Positions 1 through 8,482 of a stretch of DNA of 58,523 nt are shown piece by piece (the stretch's first letter is position 1; each line of letters begins with the position of its first letter). The translations under genes and the position numbers were made by a program. Source of the stretch: Candidatus Woesearchaeota archaeon. GTDB taxonomy: Archaea > Nanobdellota > Nanobdellia > Woesearchaeales > JACPBV01. The DNA lies in assembly GCA_019322475.1 (NCBI GenBank), contig JAHWIN010000031.1:1-58523 (forward strand), written 5' to 3'. Below the pieces are notes generated by a model. The model had not been told where the DNA came from. It ran no database searches and saw only the letters and a list, made by a program, of their open reading frames with translations.

Positions 1-885
1 CTTAATGGTGCATATTTTATTACTTTTTCCTGCAGTATACAACCCACCATCAGATATATTTATCCTATATCCTATTTTTTCAAGGAATTCGCATAGGCGA
101 TCGCAATTTTCCTCGGTATGCATCCCTATGAACCCGTTTTTTGCCATATCTCCTGCCAAGGTTTCCAATAATGATTCCAGGCCAAGGCCATTATTGCCTT
201 CCCGCCTATCAAGCTCTTTTACTACGCTTAGTTTTGGGAAAGGGATGTGGAGAAAGAACCCTTTTAGGAGATGGTCCAGGTATTTTGCTACACTCATAAG
301 ATGGTAGTCCTGTATCCAAACAATATCTTCCTTACCTGGCCTTAAAGCTTCTATCTCTTCTGCAAATATTTCATTTACTTTCAGGTAGTTTGTGTAATCT
401 CCATGAAACCTTTGAGGTATTGGGAAAAACTCGCTTTGATTGATCTTATCTGAGATCATATGGAATGTTGGCCATAAAATTCCATTATCAACATAATTAT
501 ATACGTGCTTATGGATATTTAGGTTATTAATCTGCTCATCAAAGAAGATGAATTTTTCCCTTATTATATTCCCATTATCTTTTATCTCGAGAAGCCCATC
601 ATCGATGCTGATAGACTGCTTTCTGCTTGGGTTATTTATCTGACTGAATAATTTATTATATTCTCCATCTATGACAGCTCGGTTGGCATCCCCCATTGAA
701 GCTACTAACCAGAGGGGAGGTTTACTTAGGCTGAGGTAAGATGGGTTTATGCCCATCATAGCAAGTGCGAGTCCCCCTTTGCTGTGTTTAAGCTCAAGCT
801 TTCCTTCCTTTATTCCTTCCTCTAGGTTAATTATGTCCTCTAAACTGAAACCTATCGGTCCCCTGTTTGATATTACATATAACAT
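1..885 (-). CDS. Glycosyltransferase family 20 (trehalose-6-phosphate synthase-like), N-terminal ~295 aa; 3' end lies beyond the window edge
   Basis: Absent from the ORF track because it runs off the window. My minus-strand translation from the ATG at 885 reads MLYVISNRGP...YNYVDNGILWPTFHM...EDIVWIQDYHLMSVAKYL...GFFLHIPFP...GFIGMHTEEN. These are the conserved OtsA/GT20 N-half motifs. The frame stays open to position 1. Confidence 0.7.
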   Translation of the reverse strand, partial: MLYVISNRGPIGFSLEDIINLEEGIKEGKLELKHSKGGLALAMMGINPSYLSLSKPPLWLVASMGDANRAVIDGEYNKLFSQINNPSRKQSISIDDGLLEIKDNGNIIREKFIFFDEQINNLNIHKHVYNYVDNGILWPTFHMISDKINQSEFFPIPQRFHGDYTNYLKVNEIFAEEIEALRPGKEDIVWIQDYHLMSVAKYLDHLLKGFFLHIPFPKLSVVKELDRREGNNGLGLESLLETLAGDMAKNGFIGMHTEENCDRLCEFLEKIGYRINISDGGLYTAGKSNKICTIK

Positions 886-1157
886 ACTCGTCTTTACATT
901 CTCTCCTGAAGGTATGATTACAATATAGGCCAAAAGAAATACCTAAATTTGTCAATTTTTCCTATGATTTAGTCTGTTTAATAATGATATAAAGATTATC
1001 TTTATTTTTTTTGTAGAAAGAGGTAAATTTGGCTATAAAAGTAAAATATTACAAAAATTTATTTGGGTTTAGCTTAAGCCTCAGGTTTGATGATCTTGCT
1101 TTTGGCTTTTGAGGCCCTAAATCTTGTGCTGCCACTGAATTTTTCAAAACAAAAAGA

Positions 1158-1165
1158 TTTATAAA
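1158..1165 (+). promoter_or_regulatory. TATA-box-like element (TTTATAAA) upstream of purP
   Basis: TTTATAAA ends 22 nt before the ATG at 1187 and follows an A-rich BRE-like stretch. No Shine-Dalgarno (SD) motif lies between them, which fits an archaeal leaderless transcript. Confidence 0.45.
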
Positions 1166-1186
1166 GCTGAATGACTAACATATTTC

Positions 1187-2209
1187 ATGGTGGTAAATAA
1201 GCATTATAAGATAGCTACCTTGGGGTCTCATTCTGCGCTTCAGATACTTAAAGGAGCGAAGCAGGAAGGTTTTTCTACAATATGCATCTGCATAGAAGGA
1301 AGGGATAAGCCTTACAGGCAGTTCACTGTTGCAGATAAGATAATTACCATAAAAAACTACAATGAGCTTAAGGGGCTGCAGGACCAGCTTATAGCAGAGA
1401 ACGCCATCCTTATCCCCCACGCCTCTTTTATAACCTACATGGGCTTTGAGGCTATCGAGAAGCTAAGGGTTCCTTATTTTGGCAATAAAAATATACTGAA
1501 GTGGGAGTCAGACAGGAGCCTTGAGAGAAAATGGCTTAAACAGGCAGGGCTTAATCTTCCTAAGATATTCAGAAAGCCTGAGGACATAAACAAGCCGGTC
1601 ATAGTCAAGTTCCATGGAGCTGACGGAGGAAAAGGCTATTTTCTTGCAAAGAACTACAGGGATTTCCAGAAGAAGATCAAGCTTCACCCAGATAAGGGGT
1701 ATGTCATACAGGAATATATCCTGGGGGTCCATATGTATGCCCATTATTTTCATTCTCCCCTTACAGGAGAGACAGAGCTTATGGGATTTGACAAGAGGTA
1801 TGAGAGCAACGTTGACAGCTTAGGAAGGATATCTGCAAGGGACCAGATGGCGCTTCCGAAGGAGCAGGTTGATCCGAGCTATGTCATAGTGGGGAACATG
1901 CCTGTTGTCGTCAGAGAATCATTTCTTCATAGGTATATAGAAAAAGGGGAGAATGTGGTGAAGGTAAGCAAGGGCATAGCTCCGCCAGGGCTTTTCGGAC
2001 CTTTTTGCCTTGAGACGATAATGACCCCTGAAGAGGACATAATAACCTTTGAGATCTCGGCAAGGATAGTTGCCGGGACAAACCCTTATGTAAACGGCTC
2101 TCCTTATACGTGGCTTAAGTATGATGAGCCTATGTCAACCGGCAGAAGGATAGCCCGGGAGATAAAGACAGCTATAGAGCAGGATAAGCTTGGCAAGGTG
2201 CTTTGTTAA
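1187..2209 (+). CDS. purP: 5-formaminoimidazole-4-carboxamide ribonucleotide (FAICAR) synthetase PurP (archaeal ATP-grasp)
   Basis: The N-terminus KIATLGSHSALQILKGAKQEGFSTICI...RDKPYRQF..VADK closely matches my recollection of the archaeal PurP N-terminus (ITIATLGSH..L.ILKGAK.EGF). The 340-aa length is typical. Confidence 0.85.
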   Translation: MVVNKHYKIATLGSHSALQILKGAKQEGFSTICICIEGRDKPYRQFTVADKIITIKNYNELKGLQDQLIAENAILIPHASFITYMGFEAIEKLRVPYFGNKNILKWESDRSLERKWLKQAGLNLPKIFRKPEDINKPVIVKFHGADGGKGYFLAKNYRDFQKKIKLHPDKGYVIQEYILGVHMYAHYFHSPLTGETELMGFDKRYESNVDSLGRISARDQMALPKEQVDPSYVIVGNMPVVVRESFLHRYIEKGENVVKVSKGIAPPGLFGPFCLETIMTPEEDIITFEISARIVAGTNPYVNGSPYTWLKYDEPMSTGRRIAREIKTAIEQDKLGKVLC

Positions 2210-2210
2210 G

Positions 2211-3530
2211 ATGGCCAAGAAAAAAAAGATGATAAAAAGGAAGAAAAGGGTAATAAGGAGGCCAAAGGCAAGAAAAAGATCATTTAACAGATTCTTTAAG
2301 GGTGTGGAGATAGAGATAAACAAGGTCAAGGAACGAGCAGAGAAAAAGGAACCTTTTGTTTTTGACGCTCTTGAGGAGATAAAGGAAAAGGTCCTTAAGA
2401 TAAAGCCTTCAACCAGGATATTAAGCGTGCTGGAGAGCTATGATAAGTCTGACATAACGATAGGCGCTTTGGGAGGGCATTCTGCATTGGACGTATGCAG
2501 AGGAGCCAAGAAGCTTGGATTCAGGACATTGGCAGTCTGCCAGAGAGGGAGGGAGCAGACCTATGCCAAATACTATAAGGCAAGGAATGACGGGAGAGGA
2601 ATAATAGACGAGATAATACTTGTCGATAAGTTTAAGGACATAGTCAAAAAAGAGGTGCAGGAAAAGCTCAGGAAACTGAACACCATCTTTATCCATAACA
2701 GGTATTTCTGGGTGTATTGCGACTTTAAGGATATAGAAAAAAGGTTTAAGGTTCCTATATACGGGACAAGGACCATGGTGAAGCTTGAGGAAAGGGATGT
2801 CCCTAAGAACCAGTATTATCTTCTGAAGAAGGCAGGGATAAGGATACCTAAGATATTCAGGAGCCCTAAAGAGATTGATAGGTTAGCTATCGTCAAGGTT
2901 GCAGAGGCGGCAAGGGGCTATGAAAGGGCGTTCTTCTTCTGCAATGATGGGGAGAGCTATAAGAGGAAATCTGCGGATATGATAGCAAAGAAGATAATAA
3001 CAGCTGAGGCGCTGAAGAAGGCTGTTATAGAGGAGTATATCGTAGGCGCCCAGGTCAACTTCAATTATTTCTACAGCCCGCTGACAGAGGAGCTGGAGCT
3101 TATGGGGACTGACACAAGAAGGCAGACGAACCTTGACGGGCTGCTGAGGCTGCCTGCTGACGTTCAGCTTGAGGCCCTGAAATACCTTAAGCCAAAGCTT
3201 GTGGAGACAGGGCATATAGCTGTTACGACAAAGGAAAGCATACTGGAGAAGATATTCAGGATAGGGGAGCAGTTTGTAGAGACGTGCAAGAAAGAGCATC
3301 CTCCCGGGATAATAGGGCCTTTTGCCCTGCAGGGAGCGGTTGCAGCAGAGGATGGGAAAGAAGAACTGGTAATATTTGATGTTTCTATGAGAATACCCGG
3401 CTCTCCGGGAACAATATCTACGCCTTATTCAGGCTATCTGCATCATGAACCTGTCTCTTATGGCGAAAGGATCGCTATGGAGATAAAGAAAGCTATAGAG
3501 GAAGACAGGCTTGAGTGGATCTGCACCTAG
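2211..3530 (+). CDS. PurP-family paralog with a ~85-aa Lys/Arg-rich N-terminal extension
   Basis: The core ITIGALGGHSALDVCRGAKKLGFRTLAV...ELMGTDTRRQTN...PGIIGPFALQ parallels the upstream PurP (ELMGFDKRYESN...PGLFGPFCLE). I prefer the ATG at 2211 (MAKKKKMIKRKK) over the track's TTG at 2190, which overlaps the purP stop. Confidence 0.7.
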   Translation: MAKKKKMIKRKKRVIRRPKARKRSFNRFFKGVEIEINKVKERAEKKEPFVFDALEEIKEKVLKIKPSTRILSVLESYDKSDITIGALGGHSALDVCRGAKKLGFRTLAVCQRGREQTYAKYYKARNDGRGIIDEIILVDKFKDIVKKEVQEKLRKLNTIFIHNRYFWVYCDFKDIEKRFKVPIYGTRTMVKLEERDVPKNQYYLLKKAGIRIPKIFRSPKEIDRLAIVKVAEAARGYERAFFFCNDGESYKRKSADMIAKKIITAEALKKAVIEEYIVGAQVNFNYFYSPLTEELELMGTDTRRQTNLDGLLRLPADVQLEALKYLKPKLVETGHIAVTTKESILEKIFRIGEQFVETCKKEHPPGIIGPFALQGAVAAEDGKEELVIFDVSMRIPGSPGTISTPYSGYLHHEPVSYGERIAMEIKKAIEEDRLEWICT

Positions 3531-3629
3531 CATCTATACGGGGGACAGGCTTTTCATAGAAAGTTATGGATCGTGGCATAGCCTTATCGGGCTTTTCCGT
3601 ATATTGAGCATATTTGGGGGTGCTGCAGG

Positions 3630-4571
3630 ATGGACGTAAAAAAATTTATAGAAGAAAAAACAAAGGAGATAAAGGAAGCTGTAGGGGATGATACAGCAGT
3701 CAATGCATTATCCGGGGGGGTTGACAGCTCTGTGGTTGCAATACTTGCCCATAAGGCTTTGGGAAGCAAGCTTAAGAACATATTTCTTGATACAGGGATG
3801 ATGAGGCAGGGCGAGCCTGAAACCATAAAAGAGAGCTTTGATAAGATAGGCATAGATGTTGAGGTCAAGGATGTTTCTGAAAGGTTTTTCGATGCGCTTA
3901 AGGGGGAGGAGGACGGAGAAGAGAAAAGGAAGATATTCAGGGACACCTTCTATAAGGTTTTAGGGGAGATAGTCAAGGAGACCGGGGCAAGATGCCTTTT
4001 GCAGGGAACGATAAAGCCGGATGTGGAAGAGACAAAGGCAGGGGTAAAGACCCAGCATAACATACTTTCCCAGATAGGCATAGACCCTGAGGAGCAGTAC
4101 GGGTTTAAGACTGTAGAGCCGCTTATCGATCTTGTCAAATGGGAGGTCAGGGAAGTGGGAAAGGAGCTTGGGCTTCCTGAGACAAGGTTCAATACCATGC
4201 CTTTTTTAGGGCCGGGGCTTACAGGAAGGGTCATAGGAGAGATTACAAGGGATAGGGTAGAGATAGTAAGAAAAGCCAACAATATAGCTGAAGAGGAGCT
4301 GATGCCCCTGAAGCCTTTCCAGTGCCTTGCTGTACTTTTTAAGGACAAGGCGACGATGAAAGGCGAGGAGAATGCACAAGGGAGGAATTACGGAAACATA
4401 ATAGCTGTAAGGTGTGTTGAGAGCAAGGATGCCAGGACAGCAGAGATAACTGAGATCCCTTATGATGTTCTTAAGAGGATAACTGACAGGATGACCTCAG
4501 AGATACCTTCTGTCACAAAGGTCGTCTATGATATGACGCCGAAGCCGCCCAGCACGATAGAATATATCTAG
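3630..4571 (+). CDS. guaA: GMP synthase subunit B (ATP pyrophosphatase / dimerisation domains)
   Basis: PP-loop ALSGGVDSSV, then LQGTIKPDVEET, TQHN, EPL..L.K.EVRE.G.ELGLP, PFLGPGL and a C-terminal KPPSTIEYI. The 313-aa length matches the split archaeal GuaA-B form. Confidence 0.9.
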   Translation: MDVKKFIEEKTKEIKEAVGDDTAVNALSGGVDSSVVAILAHKALGSKLKNIFLDTGMMRQGEPETIKESFDKIGIDVEVKDVSERFFDALKGEEDGEEKRKIFRDTFYKVLGEIVKETGARCLLQGTIKPDVEETKAGVKTQHNILSQIGIDPEEQYGFKTVEPLIDLVKWEVREVGKELGLPETRFNTMPFLGPGLTGRVIGEITRDRVEIVRKANNIAEEELMPLKPFQCLAVLFKDKATMKGEENAQGRNYGNIIAVRCVESKDARTAEITEIPYDVLKRITDRMTSEIPSVTKVVYDMTPKPPSTIEYI

Positions 4572-6100
4572 GATTCGTAGCTTCTTTTTGTTTTTTTTCC
4601 TGACCTGAAATCTTTCAGTGTCCTGCAATAGGTGGCTCTGCCGCAAGGAGTGGGGTATTTTCCTGTCAAGCACCCCATACATAGGTCCTTTTTTGGAAGG
4701 CCTATGCTTTTCACCAATCCCGGAATGTCCTGGTAGATCAGGGAATCCGCTTCAAGGTCCCTGCTTATCTTTCTTAAGACCTTTTCTGATGTCTTTTCAG
4801 GATCCAGCTCTTTTTCATACTGGGGAAGCAACAGTTCTTTTACTGTTGACATGTCGATGCCATAGAAGCAGGGCGCTTTTATCGGAGGGCAGGTTACCCT
4901 TACATGGACCTCTTTTGCCCTCCCTATATGCTTCAGGTACCTTACGATCTGCCTTGATGTCGTTCCCCTTACGAGGCTGTCATCGACCAAGAGGACCTTT
5001 TTTCCTTTTAGGATCTCTTTCACTACAGTGTATTTGTTTGCGACCCTGTCTTTTCTTTTTTCCCCTTCGATAAATGTCCTTCCTACAAACCTGTTCCTTA
5101 TCAGGCCTTCCATAGACGGGATGCCAAGCTCGTAGGCGTATGCGTCTCCTGCTGCTTTTGCAGTGTCGGGGACAGGGACCACTATATGGTCTTTAGAGAT
5201 ATTCTCCTTTTCCAGCTTAGCCAGCTCTTTTCCCAGCTTTGTCCTTGCTACATATACAGACCTTCCGTCAAGGACAGAGCCTACGTTAGAGAAATATACC
5301 CATTCAAACATGCAGTGGGCTTTTCTTTTCGGCCTGCTGAACCTTTCTATCCTTATGTTTCCGTCCTCTGAGCTTATGAGCTTTCCAGGCTCAAGATGCC
5401 TGAAGTTATGCAGCCCTATATTTGTCAAAGCATTGCTTTCAGATGCTGCAAAAAGGTTTCCGTCCCTTACGGCATAGCATAACGGCCTGAACCCTAGCGG
5501 ATCCCTGCAGACAGCCAGGTCGCCATAAGCGTTTATGAAGTTGATGTTATAGGCTCCGTCGAATTTTCTGGAAAGGCTGCTGAAGACATTTGATATGTCC
5601 GGCTTCTTGTGGCCTTTCAACTCCCTTGCAAGATAATGCATGATTATCTCTGTGTCATTGTTAAGGGTGAAATGGTATTCTGTCTTTTCTATCAATGACC
5701 TTCTTAATTCATTTAGGTTTACAAGGTTTCCGTTAAAGGAGAAGCTGAACCATTTCCACATCCTTCCGTGCTTTCTCTCAAAAGGCTGCGCGTAGCTTTT
5801 TTCGTTTATCCCGGAGGTTGCATACCTTACATGGCCTATCCCCTTATTCCCTGCAAATTTCCTGAACAGCTCCATGCTTCTCTGCATGTTGCTTGTCCTG
5901 AAGACCTCGTTTACAGTCCCTATATTCCGGTATGTGTTAAGGAGCTGGGGCCTTTTTTGGCTGAATGTCGTTATACCTGCTGAGAGCTGACCCCTGTTCT
6001 GGAGGTTAAGAAGAAGCCTATAAAGGTAAAATAAAGCCTTGCTTTCCTTTTTTAGGGAGACTGCGGCAATCCCGCACTCCTCTTTTATTTCACCACTCAC
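4568..6100 (-). CDS. purF: Amidophosphoribosyltransferase (glutamine PRPP amidotransferase)
   Basis: A short propeptide is followed by CGIAAV (Ntn catalytic Cys). Other motifs are RGQLSAGI, the PRTase motif VLLVDDSLVRGTT, CPPIKAPCFYGIDM and a C-terminal CMGCLTGKYP. The start is GTG. Confidence 0.9.
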   Translation of the reverse strand: MSGEIKEECGIAAVSLKKESKALFYLYRLLLNLQNRGQLSAGITTFSQKRPQLLNTYRNIGTVNEVFRTSNMQRSMELFRKFAGNKGIGHVRYATSGINEKSYAQPFERKHGRMWKWFSFSFNGNLVNLNELRRSLIEKTEYHFTLNNDTEIIMHYLARELKGHKKPDISNVFSSLSRKFDGAYNINFINAYGDLAVCRDPLGFRPLCYAVRDGNLFAASESNALTNIGLHNFRHLEPGKLISSEDGNIRIERFSRPKRKAHCMFEWVYFSNVGSVLDGRSVYVARTKLGKELAKLEKENISKDHIVVPVPDTAKAAGDAYAYELGIPSMEGLIRNRFVGRTFIEGEKRKDRVANKYTVVKEILKGKKVLLVDDSLVRGTTSRQIVRYLKHIGRAKEVHVRVTCPPIKAPCFYGIDMSTVKELLLPQYEKELDPEKTSEKVLRKISRDLEADSLIYQDIPGLVKSIGLPKKDLCMGCLTGKYPTPCGRATYCRTLKDFRSGKKTKRSYES

Positions 6101-6204
6101 ATCTGAGCATATTCTTATATAATTTATAAATGTTTTGGATAGCCTGTGGGGATGTGCAGGTAAGGGGGCGGTTATCGAGACTGCAGCCTAACATGAGCTT
6201 AGCT

Positions 6205-6687
6205 TTAGGAAAGCCCCCATCCAGAATCAGAAAATTTCTTTTCTTTGAGCAGATTTTCTATCTCAGCCCTGATGCCTTTGACATCACCTTCATCAAGCGG
6301 CCTGAAATCCCTGTAATATTCAGGCTTTTCCTCCCTATGGGGAAAATAGCATGCCTGCCCATATTTGTGGGTCTTGGCGCTTTTGGCCCGGCCATAAAGA
6401 TGAATATGCAGATGAGAGCCTTCCGGCTTAAAAACAGTCCAGTTTCCATTATCCTGATAATTGATCCTTCCGATGTCGACACCACGGTCATTCATAACTT
6501 TAGCCATGGCTTGACCTGCAACGATAGTTAACCTCATAAGTTCAATAGCATGTTTAGGAGAAAGCTGCTGCCTGTCAAGAAGCCTGACTTTCGGATAGAT
6601 CTGGATGTGTCCGCCGTCCTCCCTGTCAATGTGGGGCTTTTCAACAGATTCTACGAAGAAATTTTTTGATTCATAGATCATTGCCAT
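6205..6687 (-). CDS. HIT (histidine triad) family nucleotide hydrolase/transferase
   Basis: Histidine triad motif GSHLHIHLYG; length 160 aa. Confidence 0.7.
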   Translation of the reverse strand: MAMIYESKNFFVESVEKPHIDREDGGHIQIYPKVRLLDRQQLSPKHAIELMRLTIVAGQAMAKVMNDRGVDIGRINYQDNGNWTVFKPEGSHLHIHLYGRAKSAKTHKYGQACYFPHREEKPEYYRDFRPLDEGDVKGIRAEIENLLKEKKFSDSGWGLS

Positions 6688-6765
6688 ATAACTGATAAAC
6701 AGATACAGGTATAAAAAGTTTTGGGGGATTTTGTTAAGAGACCGGATTTCATATAACTAACCTAT

Positions 6766-6806
6766 ACTAAAAGACAAAAATTTTTGAACAAATCTTGTCT
6801 TTTAGT
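6766..6806. repeat. Perfect 12-bp inverted repeat (ACTAAAAGACAA / TTGTCTTTTAGT) with a 17-nt loop
   Basis: Read directly from the sequence. It lies in the 316-bp divergent intergenic region between the HIT gene and the PurF-like gene. Confidence 0.8.
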
Positions 6807-6810
6807 AATA

Positions 6811-6854
6811 AGCAAGTGACCTATAATATTGTATAAAAATTTGTGTCACTTGCT
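6811..6854. repeat. Perfect 10-bp inverted repeat (AGCAAGTGAC / GTCACTTGCT) with a 24-nt AT-rich loop
   Basis: Read directly from the sequence. It starts 5 nt after the previous inverted repeat. Confidence 0.8.
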
Positions 6855-7003
6855 ATAACTTTTTTAACGAACCTCTTTGCAAACGGAAAGCCATCTCATT
6901 TTTGCTGCTTCTTTTTTCCAGGGTGATCTTTTAGCTGCTTATTCACTACTCAACCGGTTTAATAAACTTTAAATAAGGGCTTGTTTCCGTCTTTTCTGAT
7001 CTT

Positions 7004-8443
7004 TTGATGAGCGGAATATTCGGGGTCGTAAGCGGCGATAACTGTATCTTTACTTTGTATTACGGGATAGATTACCACAGCCACCTCGGTACAGAGTACG
7101 GGGGGATAGCGTTTATCGATGAGGACGGAAAGCCTGTGAAGAAGATCCACACCATATCCAATTCCCAGTTCAAGTCCAAGTTCTATTCGGGCTCTTCTGA
7201 AATAAAAAGCGGGAAGGGGATAGGGGTAATATCAGACAAGGATCCCCAGCCGTTGAGCTTTGAAAGCAGGTTTGGGCCTTTTGCTGTCTGCTGTGCAGGC
7301 CTACTTACCAACAAGGGCCAGCTGGTAAACGAGCTCATAAAGAAAGGGGTGCCTTTCAGCGAGGTGGTGCACGGCGAGATAAACACAACCGAGCTTATCG
7401 CCAGCCTTATAAACCAGGGGGATTCTATAGTTGACGGCATAGAGAAGATGCAGGCCAGGATAAGGGGGTCTATCTCTTTGCTTCTGCTGACCAAGGAAGG
7501 GATCTACGCTGCAAGGGACAAGAATGGGGTTACGCCTTTGGTGATAGGGGAGAAGGAAGGAGAGGTTGCTGTTGCGAGCGAAACATGCAGCTTCCCCAAC
7601 CTGGGCTTTAAGATAAAGAAGTTCATAGGGCCAGGAGAGATAGTTTTCATAAGCGACAGGGGCGTAGAGATAAAAAAGGCAGGGAGGAAATGCAACAAGA
7701 TATGCACTTTTCTTTGGATATATACAGGGTTTCCTGCCTCTTCCTATGAAGGCGTAAATGTGGAGAAGGTAAGGGAAAACTGCGGGAGGTTTCTTGCAAA
7801 GAGGGATGATGCGGAGCCTGATGTCGTATCAGGAGTTCCGGAATCAGGGACTGCACATGCGATAGGCTATGCCATGGAATCAGGCAGGCCCTTCAGGAGA
7901 GTCCTGCTTAAATATACAGAGGGCTATGGGAGAAGCTATACCCCCCTTACACAGGAGGTCAGGGACAGGGTGGCCCTGATGAAGCTTATAGCTAATGAGT
8001 CTATCATAAAGGACAATAAGATAGTGCTGTGCGAGGACTCTATAGTGAGAGGGACGCAGCTGAAGAACTTTACTGTAACCAAGCTAAAGAATGCAGGGGC
8101 TAAAGAGATACACATAAGGTCGGCATGCCCTCCTCTGATGTTTCCCTGCATATACAACCTTTCCACAAGGAGCGTAAATGAGCTTGTCGCGAGAAAGGCG
8201 ATAAGATCCCTGGAAGGGAGGGACATTGAAGACGTTTCTGAATATCTTGACCAGAATTCTGAAAAATACAGGAAGATGGTGAGCTGGATCTCAGAGGACG
8301 TGGGAGCTACATCATTGAAATTCCAGTTTCTTGAGGATATGTTTGAGGCTATAGGAATACCTAAGGAGAAGCTTTGCACCTACTGCTGGACGGGCAAAGG
8401 CGTGCAGAAGAGCCTTGATTCTTTTGAGACTAAAAAACCTTAG
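7004..8443 (+). CDS. Amidophosphoribosyltransferase-like paralog lacking the N-terminal catalytic Cys (MMSGIFGV)
   Basis: The PRTase half is conserved (IVLCEDSIVRGTQ, CPPLMFPCIYN, C-terminal LCTYCWTGKG). The Ntn half reads M-M-S-G-I-F-G (DNA atg atg agc gga), and HRGQ is replaced by HLGT. Confidence 0.65.
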   Translation: MMSGIFGVVSGDNCIFTLYYGIDYHSHLGTEYGGIAFIDEDGKPVKKIHTISNSQFKSKFYSGSSEIKSGKGIGVISDKDPQPLSFESRFGPFAVCCAGLLTNKGQLVNELIKKGVPFSEVVHGEINTTELIASLINQGDSIVDGIEKMQARIRGSISLLLLTKEGIYAARDKNGVTPLVIGEKEGEVAVASETCSFPNLGFKIKKFIGPGEIVFISDRGVEIKKAGRKCNKICTFLWIYTGFPASSYEGVNVEKVRENCGRFLAKRDDAEPDVVSGVPESGTAHAIGYAMESGRPFRRVLLKYTEGYGRSYTPLTQEVRDRVALMKLIANESIIKDNKIVLCEDSIVRGTQLKNFTVTKLKNAGAKEIHIRSACPPLMFPCIYNLSTRSVNELVARKAIRSLEGRDIEDVSEYLDQNSEKYRKMVSWISEDVGATSLKFQFLEDMFEAIGIPKEKLCTYCWTGKGVQKSLDSFETKKP

Positions 8444-8482
8444 CTACAAACAGCTTCATAAATCGAGCATAAAGAACAAGCT

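Noticed and set aside
5-307. 100-aa plus-strand ORF at the window start
   Set aside because: It lies antisense to a much better-supported GT20 (OtsA-like) reading frame that spans 1-885 on the minus strand. Its translation is low-complexity and has no motif.
2190-2210. Extended N-termini produced by TTG/GTG starts in the ORF track (2190, 13732, 18889, 25227, 26720, 29294, 35981, 43607, 50636, 53887)
   Set aside because: In each case a downstream ATG has a properly spaced GGAGG-like SD or removes an overlap with a neighbouring gene. The extra residues also look like translated intergenic sequence. The exceptions I kept are the GTG of purF and the TTG at 41368, which has a strong, well-spaced SD and encodes a clean signal peptide.
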